DNA of 64,000 bases from Spirochaetaceae bacterium. Lineage in GTDB: Bacteria > Spirochaetota > Spirochaetia > DSM-2461. Under the pieces are notes generated by a model, which saw only the letters and a program-made list of their open reading frames with translations, ran no database searches and was not told the origin of the DNA. Shown here one piece after another: positions 1 through 10,470 of this stretch. Position numbers and translations under genes: made by a program. The stretch covers positions 256,656 through 320,655 of the forward strand of contig JAOPTT010000006.1 of assembly GCA_051531975.1 (NCBI GenBank), given 5' to 3'. How positions within the stretch are numbered: position 1 is the stretch's first letter; each line of letters opens with the position of its first letter.

Positions 1-1
1 G

Positions 2-373
2 GCTGGAGCAAAGGGGTTTCTAGCAAAAGAGAGCGATAGAAATGATTTGTTAGAGGCTATATATACCCTTCGAGGTGGCCACGATTATTATAGTAAATCC
101 ATAACACAACTACTACTTAAAAAATATATTAATGATATAAAATCAAATGACACCCACTTTGATAATCAAGATGTTAAGTGTTTGAGTTCTAGAGAGCTTG
201 AGATCTTAAAACTTTGGGGAAATAGCTATACTAATAATGAAATATCAGAAGAGCTCTTTATTAGTGTTAGAACGGTGGAATCTCATAAAAATCATATAAT
301 GCAGAAGTTAAATATGAAAACAGCTGTTGATCTAGTTAAGTTTGCTATTAGAAATAATATAATTGAAGTTTAA
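2..373 (+). CDS. NarL/FixJ-family response regulator (REC + LuxR HTH), 5' truncated by the window edge
   Basis: Frame is open from base 2 (AGAKGFLAKESDRNDLLEAI = end of a receiver domain). C-terminal LSSRELEIL...ISEELFISVRTVESHKNHIMQKL is a LuxR HTH. Confidence 0.9.
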   Translation, partial: AGAKGFLAKESDRNDLLEAIYTLRGGHDYYSKSITQLLLKKYINDIKSNDTHFDNQDVKCLSSRELEILKLWGNSYTNNEISEELFISVRTVESHKNHIMQKLNMKTAVDLVKFAIRNNIIEV

Positions 374-555
374 TTTATTCTTGTTTAATGCTAAGAGAAT
401 TACGTAATTCCTTAAGTGTTTCACTTAAAATCATATTGTCTGCCTATTCATATAGAATATATGAGCTATTATCATTTATTGGGTATTTATGAATCTAAAA
501 GTTTCTAATTTTAGTTTCAATATCTGAAAATATAATTACAAATGGAGAAGAATAA

Positions 556-1908
<1,353 letters not shown>

Positions 1909-1937
1909 TCTATTGTAAAAAATAACTAGATAATATT

Positions 1938-1986
1938 TAAGCCTCGTCAAAGTGTCTTACAAGACAATAGGCGAGGTTTATTTTAT
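1938..1986 (+). terminator. Probable intrinsic terminator after gdhA
   Basis: aagcctcg...tgtctt-ac-aagaca...cgaggttt interrupted hairpin followed by a T-rich tract. Confidence 0.6.
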
Positions 1987-2030
1987 AAAAAAAAGGGGAT
2001 TTATTTTTAAAATTTTAGTAATATAAAGTT

Positions 2031-2741
2031 ATGATTAAAAAGATAATTATACTTTGTATATTTGTAATATTCATCTCATGTAGCACAATACCAGATTATC
2101 CTGAGAAGTTTACTGGGACTTCAATCCACAAAAAAAGTGAAACTATTAACCTTGAATACTCTTATGTCATGTATTTACCTAATAAAGATAAAAAAATAAA
2201 ATCCTATCCAACAATTATATATCTTCATGGAGCTGGTCAAAGAAGTGTTTATGTTGAAAATCTATTAAACGATGTGATATTTACAAATATCGAAAATATG
2301 GATAGTTTTCCTTTTATTGTTATAGCACCACAAGCCACTTATGGTGACTGGTGGGATCCACAGAGACTAGATCTGTTTTTAGATGATATGATTAAAGAGT
2401 TCCCTATAAATCCTAAACAAATATATTTAACGGGATATAGTATGGGAGGTGTTGGAACATGGTTATGGACCGCAGAATCACCTAAAAGATTTGCCGCTAT
2501 AGCCCCTACTGCAGGAAGTGGTTTTACCAAAGATGCTATAAAAATGAAAAACTTACCTATTTGGGTTTTTCATGGGGAAGAAGATAGTGCTGTACCAATT
2601 AAAGAATCTGAAGTTATGTATAATGAAATTAATAAAATAAATGAAGAAATTGAATTTACTAGATTAAAAGATAAAAACCATGATATTAGAGAAGAAGTTT
2701 ATACAAACAGGGAACTATATTCATGGTTCTTAAGGTATTAA
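2031..2741 (+). CDS. Exported alpha/beta hydrolase lipoprotein (predicted peptidase/esterase)
   Basis: Lipobox-like FISC; YLHGAG, nucleophile elbow GYSMGG, FHGEED and a distal His. Confidence 0.85.
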   Translation: MIKKIIILCIFVIFISCSTIPDYPEKFTGTSIHKKSETINLEYSYVMYLPNKDKKIKSYPTIIYLHGAGQRSVYVENLLNDVIFTNIENMDSFPFIVIAPQATYGDWWDPQRLDLFLDDMIKEFPINPKQIYLTGYSMGGVGTWLWTAESPKRFAAIAPTAGSGFTKDAIKMKNLPIWVFHGEEDSAVPIKESEVMYNEINKINEEIEFTRLKDKNHDIREEVYTNRELYSWFLRY

Positions 2742-2866
2742 GTTTATATTTGTTAACATTTATTTATCCATACACTTTTTTAGCATTGCCCTAATTGCCC
2801 TAATTAACCTAAGTTTAATTAGTTTTATTATTGATATAATGTTGAACATACAGTTATTATAAACAG

Positions 2867-4558
2867 ATGTTATTTGAATTTGAAAATTTTGATCTACTCA
2901 GAAATCTAATAAGTCAGGGAGGAATGATAGCTTTTTTTAGCTTCATTTTTTCAAGAGTCAAATTATTTAGGAAAATATTTACAAAACCTAAAACGACAAA
3001 AAAAGATAAAATAATTTTAATAATCTTTTTTTCAGGCATAGGTATTCTTGGAACTTATACTGGAATCCCGGTAAAAGGAGCACTTGCAAATACTCGAGTT
3101 GTTGGAGTTTTTGTAGGTGGATTATTAGGTGGTCCAGTTGTAGGTTTAGGGGCTGGAATAATAGCAGGTGTTCATAGGTTACTTATAGACATAGACGGAT
3201 TTACAGCTACTGCATGTATGATATCAACAATAACTGAGGGTTTAATTGCATCTTTGCTTTGGAAGTTATTTCAAAAAAGTAGTAACAAATGGCTTTTTGC
3301 ATCAATTTTTGGCTTGGTAGCAGAAATAGCTCAAATGTTAATAATTCTAATAGTAGCAAAACCATTTTCTGACTCAGTTGAACTTGTTAAAATAATTGGT
3401 TTACCTATGATAATTGGAAATGCAGTAGCTATTGGAATGTTTATAGCAATAGCTGACTCTATTTTTAGAGAACGAGAAAAAATAGCAGCAATTTATTCCC
3501 AAAAAATATTAAAAATAGCACACGAAAGTTTGCCTTTTTTTAGACAGGGATTTAACTATAATACAGCTTCTAAAACAGCAAAAATAATATATAAAGAACT
3601 CAATCTAGCTGCAGTATCTTTTACGACAACAGATATATGTTTAACCCATATAGGTTCATGCAATGATCATCACTTACATGGAAGTCTTATTAAAACAGCA
3701 TCAACTCGTAAAGTTATTACAGATGGAAGGACATATATTGCCAATAGTAAAAGTGAAGTAGACTGTTCATGTGAAGATTGTTGTCTTAACTCAGCTGTAA
3801 TTGTCCCTCTTCAATCTGGTAATAAAATTATTGGTACTTTAAAACTATATCGTGATGTGGAATACGGAATTAGCCCTTCTGATGTAGAAACTGCTGTTGG
3901 ACTAGCTTCTCTTTTCTCATTACAAATTGAGAATAGTAGAATAGAGGAACAGGCAAGGTTATTACAAAACTCTGAATTAAAAGCGTTACAATCACAGATA
4001 AATCCACATTTTCTTTTTAATGCTATTAATACAGTTTCATCTTTTATTAGAACAAAACCTGAGAAAGCTAGAGATTTACTATTGGATCTAAGTGACTATT
4101 ATAGATTTAGACTACATGAACCCGACGAATTTATACCTATAGAAAGCGAATTAGATCATGTAAAAGCCTACCTCGATATAGAAAAAGCTCGTTTTGGAGA
4201 TAAATTAGAAGTAAACCTTTGTGGGAAGACAGATAAAATTATATTAGTACCTCCACTGATATTACAACCACTAGTTGAAAATGCAGTTAAACATGGAATA
4301 CAAAATAGCGTTACTGGGGGAGTTGTCACAATATCAGTAGAAGAAAAAAAAGATTTTGTAAAAATTAAAGTTGAAGATAATGGAATAGGAATAGAAGCAA
4401 AAAAACTAAAAACACTCTTAATTGAAAATAGAGGTTGTGTTGGATTAACAAATGTTCATAAAAGATTATTAAATGTTTATGGCGTCAATAATGGTTTAAA
4501 AATTGATAGCAAATTAGGAAAAGGAACAAAAGTATGTCTAATGATACCATTAGTGTAA
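2867..4558 (+). CDS. LytS/YehU(BtsS)-family sensor histidine kinase (5TM-LYT, GAF, His_kinase, HATPase)
   Basis: ANTRVVG...GGP 5TM-LYT motif; LQSQINPHFLFNAIN; LQPLVENAVKHG. Confidence 0.93.
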   Translation: MLFEFENFDLLRNLISQGGMIAFFSFIFSRVKLFRKIFTKPKTTKKDKIILIIFFSGIGILGTYTGIPVKGALANTRVVGVFVGGLLGGPVVGLGAGIIAGVHRLLIDIDGFTATACMISTITEGLIASLLWKLFQKSSNKWLFASIFGLVAEIAQMLIILIVAKPFSDSVELVKIIGLPMIIGNAVAIGMFIAIADSIFREREKIAAIYSQKILKIAHESLPFFRQGFNYNTASKTAKIIYKELNLAAVSFTTTDICLTHIGSCNDHHLHGSLIKTASTRKVITDGRTYIANSKSEVDCSCEDCCLNSAVIVPLQSGNKIIGTLKLYRDVEYGISPSDVETAVGLASLFSLQIENSRIEEQARLLQNSELKALQSQINPHFLFNAINTVSSFIRTKPEKARDLLLDLSDYYRFRLHEPDEFIPIESELDHVKAYLDIEKARFGDKLEVNLCGKTDKIILVPPLILQPLVENAVKHGIQNSVTGGVVTISVEEKKDFVKIKVEDNGIGIEAKKLKTLLIENRGCVGLTNVHKRLLNVYGVNNGLKIDSKLGKGTKVCLMIPLV

Positions 4559-5322
4559 TAGTTGTCGATGACGAACTGCCTGCTAGAGAGGAATTATTAC
4601 ATTTATTAGAAGGTTTTAAGTTTCTTAAAATATTTGGATCTGCAAAAAATGGTCTTGAGGCAAAAAATATTTTACTTAATAATAAAGTCGATATTGCATT
4701 TTTAGATATTCAAATGCCTGGATTAAATGGTATAGAGTTAGCAAAGAGTTTAATTGATAAAAATATTGAAACTCTATTTATTTTTACAACAGCTTATAAT
4801 ACTTTTGCTGTAGATGCTTTTGATGTACATGCTGTGGATTATTTATTAAAACCTTTACGGTTAGAGAAACTTGAAAGATCTATCAATAGAGCAAAAAAAG
4901 AGTTAAATAAAAAAGATAATAAGAAATTAAATCATGACAATATTGAAAATTTATTTGAGAAGTATATAGATAAAATTACTACAAAAACTAACAGACAGTT
5001 TTTACCTGTTTATAGAGGTGAACAGATAATTCCAATAAAAATTGATACTATAATTTTTGCTGAAGCTAAAGGTAGATTTGTATGGATAACTACTAGTTCA
5101 GGAGAATATAAAACAAACTTGTGTTTTTCTGAAACTAAAGAAATTCTAATTTCACCAAAGTTTTTTACCTGTCATAGATCATTTATAATTAATACAGAAT
5201 TTATTGAGGCAGTAGAATTGTGGATAAATAATAGTTATAGATTGAATATGAAATGCTCAGAAACACTAATTCCAGTTAGTAGAAGCCGTAAAGATGAATT
5301 ACAAAAACTATTAAGTATCTAA
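4534..5322 (+). CDS. LytTR-family response regulator
   Basis: VVDDE, FLDIQMP and DYLLKP receiver motifs; FFTCHRSFIIN and IPVSRS LytTR domain; overlaps the kinase stop. Confidence 0.93.
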   Translation: MSNDTISVIVVDDELPAREELLHLLEGFKFLKIFGSAKNGLEAKNILLNNKVDIAFLDIQMPGLNGIELAKSLIDKNIETLFIFTTAYNTFAVDAFDVHAVDYLLKPLRLEKLERSINRAKKELNKKDNKKLNHDNIENLFEKYIDKITTKTNRQFLPVYRGEQIIPIKIDTIIFAEAKGRFVWITTSSGEYKTNLCFSETKEILISPKFFTCHRSFIINTEFIEAVELWINNSYRLNMKCSETLIPVSRSRKDELQKLLSI

Positions 5323-5326
5323 TTTA

Positions 5327-5361
5327 TTACAATTCATGTATTAAAACTTACCATCTGTGTA
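5327..5361 (+). promoter_or_regulatory. Putative LytTR binding site (imperfect direct repeat, 21-bp period)
   Basis: TTACAATTCATGTA (5327-5340) and TTACCATCTGTGTA (5348-5361) upstream of cstA. Confidence 0.6.
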
Positions 5362-5424
5362 TAACTACAACATTTTTTTCAAAAACCACTCCATATTTAA
5401 AATATTAAAAATTCGGAGGAAAGT

Positions 5425-6855
5425 GTGATTAGTTTTATTATTTCATTAGTCGTTTTAGTTCTTGGTTATTTTACTTATGGTAAAGTTGTAGATAAAGTAT
5501 TTGGTAGTGACCCAAATAGAGAAACACCTGCTCATAGGTTAAACGATGGAGTAGATTATGTTCCTTTAAAATGGTACAAAATTTATCTTATTCAATTCTT
5601 AAATATTGCTGGACTTGGGCCAATTTTTGGTGCTGTTATGGGAGCGTTATATGGACCTGCAGCATTTTTATGGATAGTTTTTGGAACAATATTTGCTGGT
5701 GGAGTTCACGACTATTTTTCTGGAATGTTATCAGTAAGACATGATGGTAAAAGTATACCAGAAATTGTTGGGATCTACCTTGGTGATAAAATGAAAATGG
5801 TAATGAGGGTATTCTCTGTATTATTATTAATTCTAGTTGGTACAGTATTTATTGCTGGGCCTGCAGGACTTTTAGCAAACCTTGGAATGACTGGTATATT
5901 CGCAAATAAATGGTTCTGGTTAGCCCTGATAATAGTTTACTATTTTATAGCAACAATACTTCCTGTAGATAAACTAATTGGTAAAATATATCCTATTTTT
6001 GGTGCAGTATTATTGATTATGGCAGTTGGTATTTGTGGGGCATTGATTTTTGGTAAAATGCCAATTCCAGAAATATCACTTACGAATCTGCATCCTAAAG
6101 AGTTACCAATGTGGCCAATGTTATTTATTACAATAGCATGTGGTGCCATTTCTGGTTTTCATTCAACTCAATCCCCTCTAATGGCTCGATGTTTACCTAA
6201 CGAAAAATATGGTAGAACTGTTTTTTACGGTGCAATGATCGGAGAAGGTATCGTAGCATTAATTTGGGCAGCAGCAGCTATGACATTTTTTGATGGCGGA
6301 ATTTCTGGGCTTGCTGAAACAATATCAGCAGGTGGTGCAGGATTAGTTGTAAATAAAATTTCCTTAGGACTTCTTGGTTCAGTTGGTGGTGTTTTAGCAA
6401 TTCTTGGGGTTATTGCATGCCCTATAACTTCTGGTGATACAGCTTTTAGATCAGTGAGACTAACAATTGCTGACGCTCTTGGTTTAAAACAGGAAGGTAT
6501 AAAAAATAGACTTTTACTTGCCTTACCAGTATTTGCAATAGGTTTAGCATTGAACTTCATTGATTTTTCAATAATTTGGAGATATTTTGCATGGTCAAAT
6601 CAGACTTTGGCAACAATTGTATTATGGACAACAGCATCATATCTATCTATTAAAAATAGAAATCATTGGATAGCTACAATTCCTGCAACTTTTATGACGG
6701 CGGTTGTAACAACTTATATAATAATAGCCAAAGAAGGGCTAGGTTTATCAACAGCGATTGCTTATCCAGTTGGTCTAGTAACTGCAATTGTTCTTTTTAC
6801 ACTTTTTATTATTAAAGATAAAAAAAACAAGGTTGAACTTTTAAAAGCAGCATAA
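5425..6855 (+). CDS. cstA: Carbon starvation protein A family transporter (CstA/BtsT-like, peptide or pyruvate)
   Basis: TPAHRLNDGVDYVP, IAGLGPIFG, ACGAISGFH and TSGDTAFR motifs; GTG start with GGAGG RBS. Confidence 0.92.
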   Translation: MISFIISLVVLVLGYFTYGKVVDKVFGSDPNRETPAHRLNDGVDYVPLKWYKIYLIQFLNIAGLGPIFGAVMGALYGPAAFLWIVFGTIFAGGVHDYFSGMLSVRHDGKSIPEIVGIYLGDKMKMVMRVFSVLLLILVGTVFIAGPAGLLANLGMTGIFANKWFWLALIIVYYFIATILPVDKLIGKIYPIFGAVLLIMAVGICGALIFGKMPIPEISLTNLHPKELPMWPMLFITIACGAISGFHSTQSPLMARCLPNEKYGRTVFYGAMIGEGIVALIWAAAAMTFFDGGISGLAETISAGGAGLVVNKISLGLLGSVGGVLAILGVIACPITSGDTAFRSVRLTIADALGLKQEGIKNRLLLALPVFAIGLALNFIDFSIIWRYFAWSNQTLATIVLWTTASYLSIKNRNHWIATIPATFMTAVVTTYIIIAKEGLGLSTAIAYPVGLVTAIVLFTLFIIKDKKNKVELLKAA

Positions 6856-6875
6856 AACTGTAAATAGTGATCATG

Positions 6876-6908
6876 AAATAGCGACTTTCTTAAGTCGTTA
6901 TTTTTTTT
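6876..6908 (+). terminator. Intrinsic terminator after cstA
   Basis: aatagcgactt...aagtcgttatt stem followed by a T8 tract. Confidence 0.8.
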
Positions 6909-6977
6909 ATTTAATAAATCCTAAATGTAAAAAATAATACAACTAATTAAGTCATATTTAAATATAATAATCATCAC

Positions 6978-7028
6978 TTGACAGCATGTAACTATGCGGT
7001 TACATTTAATGTAATTAAGGGGTTACAT
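6978..7028 (+). promoter_or_regulatory. Sigma70-type promoter overlapped by two palindromic operators (probably TetR)
   Basis: TTGACA(6978)-N17-TACATT(7001); ATGTAAC-N6-GTTACAT (6986-7005) and ATGTAAT-N6-GTTACAT (7009-7028). Confidence 0.75.
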
Positions 7029-7029
7029 T

Positions 7030-8130
7030 ATGTGGAGAAATTTAATAATCATTTTATTGATATTATCTGTTTATGGTTGTTTAGGTCATAACGTGGAAGA
7101 AGTTGATGTTAAAAAGAACAAAAATTTTTGGTATAATATAATAGATGATGCAAGATGGGCACAAAATGCCCACAATATGCAGAGTTGGACTATTGATATC
7201 ATATCCGATACTAAAGTTATTGGTTATTTAGATAGTTCAAGACTTCTACCTGAAACTGATCCATATTCAAGACAACTAATATTATCATTAGGTGCATTTA
7301 GTGAAGTAGCTAGATTGTCTGCGCTACAAAAAGGTTATGAATTAAATGTTAAATGGATAGGACCACTAAAGTGGGATTCTAGTATTAATAAAGACATTCC
7401 ATTATTTGAATGGAATATAGGTAACATCATAGCTCAAAAAACATTATTGATTGATACACTAACATCTGCAACAGTAAAATATGCAGTAGAGGAGATAGAT
7501 TTCTCAAAAGATGAAGCGAGTAAACTAGAAAAAAAATATTCAAATGAAAAAGTTAAATATACTTTTATTTTTGATACAGATTTAGTTGAACCTATAAAGC
7601 AACTTGCCAAAGATTCATTTAGAGTTGAGATGATTACAGAAAATACCGCAAATGAAAGTTTAATAAATACCCATTATGGGAAAAAAGCTAGAAATGAAAC
7701 TCCCTATGGAATTACTTTACTTCCTAACTTTTCAAAAAACAAACTTGGTTTTATTGAGTTTTTTGCAGGATTTCCCATTTCTACAAAAGCATATGGTAAA
7801 CAGGCAATTAGTATATTTGAAAAAGGTATAGAACCTGCAAATGTCTTATTACTTATGAATACAGTCGGAAATACTCTTAAAGATCAGTTTTTGGGTGGAA
7901 TGTCTATGCAAGGTATTTGGATGGAAATAATAGGTATTGGTGGGACTTTATTACCTTTAAGTCAGGGATTACAAGAATATCATGAAATGAGTGTTTTAAG
8001 AGAAAATTTTCATAATTTATTAGCAGATGAAAATGAGACTATTCAAATGTTATGGTCATTAACTAAACCAAAAGACTTAAATTTCTTAAGATCTCCTAGG
8101 TTGGAAGTTGAAGACATTTTATCTGATTGA
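7030..8130 (+). CDS. Acg-family FMN-binding nitroreductase-like protein with a lipoprotein-type signal
   Basis: ARWAQNAHNMQSW, RLLPETDP..RQ...SLGAF, PLSQGLQEY and SPR motifs; N-terminal hydrophobic stretch ending VYGC. Confidence 0.75.
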   Translation: MWRNLIIILLILSVYGCLGHNVEEVDVKKNKNFWYNIIDDARWAQNAHNMQSWTIDIISDTKVIGYLDSSRLLPETDPYSRQLILSLGAFSEVARLSALQKGYELNVKWIGPLKWDSSINKDIPLFEWNIGNIIAQKTLLIDTLTSATVKYAVEEIDFSKDEASKLEKKYSNEKVKYTFIFDTDLVEPIKQLAKDSFRVEMITENTANESLINTHYGKKARNETPYGITLLPNFSKNKLGFIEFFAGFPISTKAYGKQAISIFEKGIEPANVLLLMNTVGNTLKDQFLGGMSMQGIWMEIIGIGGTLLPLSQGLQEYHEMSVLRENFHNLLADENETIQMLWSLTKPKDLNFLRSPRLEVEDILSD

Positions 8131-8145
8131 TGGTAGATTTATTTT

Positions 8146-8724
8146 ATGAGTCGTAAAGAGAGTGAAGACATTTTTTTAGCCGCAGTTGAAAAATTGTTAT
8201 TAAATGGTTCAGATTTTGGAATTAATGCTGTTGCTAAAGAAGCTAGATTAAATAAAGTTCTAATTTATAGATATTTTGGTGACATGGATGGTCTATTAGA
8301 AATATATGCAAAAAGCATTAATCTTTGGAAACCAATAAGATTGCAGATGGAAGAAGGAATTAAAATTAACAGATGGCCAAATGGTAAAGAGGCTATTAAG
8401 TGGTTTTTTAAAAGATATAGGGAAACGATTCTCTCCTCTCCTATATTTCTCAGAGTCTTAAAAGAGGAACTATATAAACCTAATAAATTAACTAGAAAAT
8501 TAGAAATAGAAAGAGAAGATGAAGGATTATTATTAACCAAACTCGCATTAGAAACATACCCAGAACTTAATGAAGTAAATATTGTCGCATTAGGAGCATT
8601 TGTGGCCAGTGGAATTACATATCTAGCCTTAAAATCTACCCAAGTTAATATTTTTAATGGTATAGATCTTTCATTAGAGAAGTCATGGGAGCAGTTTGAT
8701 GACTTATTTCTTCAATTATTGTAA
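8146..8724 (+). CDS. TetR/AcrR-family transcriptional regulator
   Basis: GINAVAKEARLNKVLIYRYFGD N-terminal HTH. Confidence 0.9.
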   Translation: MSRKESEDIFLAAVEKLLLNGSDFGINAVAKEARLNKVLIYRYFGDMDGLLEIYAKSINLWKPIRLQMEEGIKINRWPNGKEAIKWFFKRYRETILSSPIFLRVLKEELYKPNKLTRKLEIEREDEGLLLTKLALETYPELNEVNIVALGAFVASGITYLALKSTQVNIFNGIDLSLEKSWEQFDDLFLQLL

Positions 8725-8870
8725 TGAATCTTAATATTATTTATGAAAAAACTATGTATATAATTTAATTAAATAAATCATCTAGATATAAATGAAGTAT
8801 TGCTTTTCTAAATTAATTTATTGATTTGTCAAACCTACTTTACCTATAATTATAGTAAGGTGGTTTTATT

Positions 8871-10403
8871 ATGAAAAAGTTATCTATTATCTATTCCCTT
8901 CTTATCATTGTGTTATTAATACTTTTTTTGGCTGGATGTAAAAATGATAAGATAACACCATACACAACTTCAATACTCTACAACGATGTAGAAAGTGCAC
9001 CCTTTAATGCAGATTGGAAAATCTTAGAGAAATATAAGACCGATTATAACATCACTTTTGATGTGAAACTAGGCTCAAATAAAGATTATGGTAAAGCATT
9101 AGATCTTTATCTAAGTTCAGATATAATTCCTGATATTATTTTAAAAGTTTTTCCCTCTACAATAGAAAAATATGCCATTGAAGGAAAATTATTACCTATA
9201 AGCGATTATGAAAATTTAATGCCAAACTATAAAACCTATATAGAAAAACATAACTTAAGTTCTGAGGTTGAAAAATTAAAATTAGATAATAATAAATACT
9301 ATCTAATGCCTGGATTTCAAAGAGAGACACAGGTTCAGCAGTGGATATATAGGTATGATCTTTTTGAGAAACATAATCTTGCTACACCAAAAACTTATTT
9401 AGAATTATTTGATAGTTTAGTTATATTAAAAGAATTATATCCAGAATCTACCCCTATTACTGCATCTTGGGGAGGGGCTCATTTATTTTCAATGATGGGA
9501 GCAGGTTACGGTATATCAGGTGGATGGTCTGGGACAAGATTCTACGACTTTGAAACAAAGAACTGGACATATGCCCCTGGGACAGAAAATTATAGACAGA
9601 TGTATACTTTTTTAAATAAATGTTATGAAGCAGGTGTCTTAGATCAAGGTACATTTAATCAAAGTAATGAAGATTTTATGGAGAAAATACAGACTGGTAA
9701 GGCACTTGTAACTGTTACTTGGATTACATCAGGTTTTGATAAATGGAATAAACAATTGAAGGTTAATGGTTTTGAAAATGCAGAGCTTAGAGCACTACCT
9801 GTAATGGAAAGTACCGTTGGACTTAAGTCTTTACCTGCAGTGAACAAATTCAGAAAAGGTTTAGCATTATCAGCTACTGTAGTAGATAAACCATACTTTG
9901 AAGACTTAATAAAATTTCTAGATTGGGTAATCTATTCAGAAGATGGTATGGAACTAACTACATGGGGAGAAGAAGGAATTACTTATGAAAAGAACAATAA
10001 TATAAAAACATTTCTATCAAATATTAAAACTCCAAAAAACCAAAACGGAACAGTGGATATTAGTGCTGAATATGGATTTAATCTAATTTTTAACCTTAAT
10101 GAAAACGAGGAGTATGAAGACTTTAAGAAACCCAAGGAAATAGTTACATTCCTTTCAAATTCTGAGAAAGAGGGTGAAACTATGAAAATGAATCCAGTCA
10201 TTAAATTAGGTACAAGCGAGATTGATGTTATAGCTTTAGTAGATGAAACTCTTGTACCCTACGTTAATGATGTAAGTTTAAAATTTATAACTGGAGAATT
10301 AGACATTGATAATGACTGGGATTCTTATATAACTGAGATTGAAAATATTGGATATAAAATCTTAGAAGAAACATGGAATAAAGCTTGGGATAGACAGAAG
10401 TAA
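8871..10403 (+). CDS. Extracellular solute-binding lipoprotein (LplA-like, carbohydrate ABC family 1)
   Basis: Lipobox LAGC; PDII, GKLLPISDY...MPN, WGEEGITY and KFITGELDID..WD.Y motifs. Confidence 0.88.
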   Translation: MKKLSIIYSLLIIVLLILFLAGCKNDKITPYTTSILYNDVESAPFNADWKILEKYKTDYNITFDVKLGSNKDYGKALDLYLSSDIIPDIILKVFPSTIEKYAIEGKLLPISDYENLMPNYKTYIEKHNLSSEVEKLKLDNNKYYLMPGFQRETQVQQWIYRYDLFEKHNLATPKTYLELFDSLVILKELYPESTPITASWGGAHLFSMMGAGYGISGGWSGTRFYDFETKNWTYAPGTENYRQMYTFLNKCYEAGVLDQGTFNQSNEDFMEKIQTGKALVTVTWITSGFDKWNKQLKVNGFENAELRALPVMESTVGLKSLPAVNKFRKGLALSATVVDKPYFEDLIKFLDWVIYSEDGMELTTWGEEGITYEKNNNIKTFLSNIKTPKNQNGTVDISAEYGFNLIFNLNENEEYEDFKKPKEIVTFLSNSEKEGETMKMNPVIKLGTSEIDVIALVDETLVPYVNDVSLKFITGELDIDNDWDSYITEIENIGYKILEETWNKAWDRQK

Positions 10404-10470
10404 TTAGTTTGATAAACAAGAATTTATTTAGGTGTTTTTAATAAAATGGAGAAAGGAAGGTTTAAATTAA

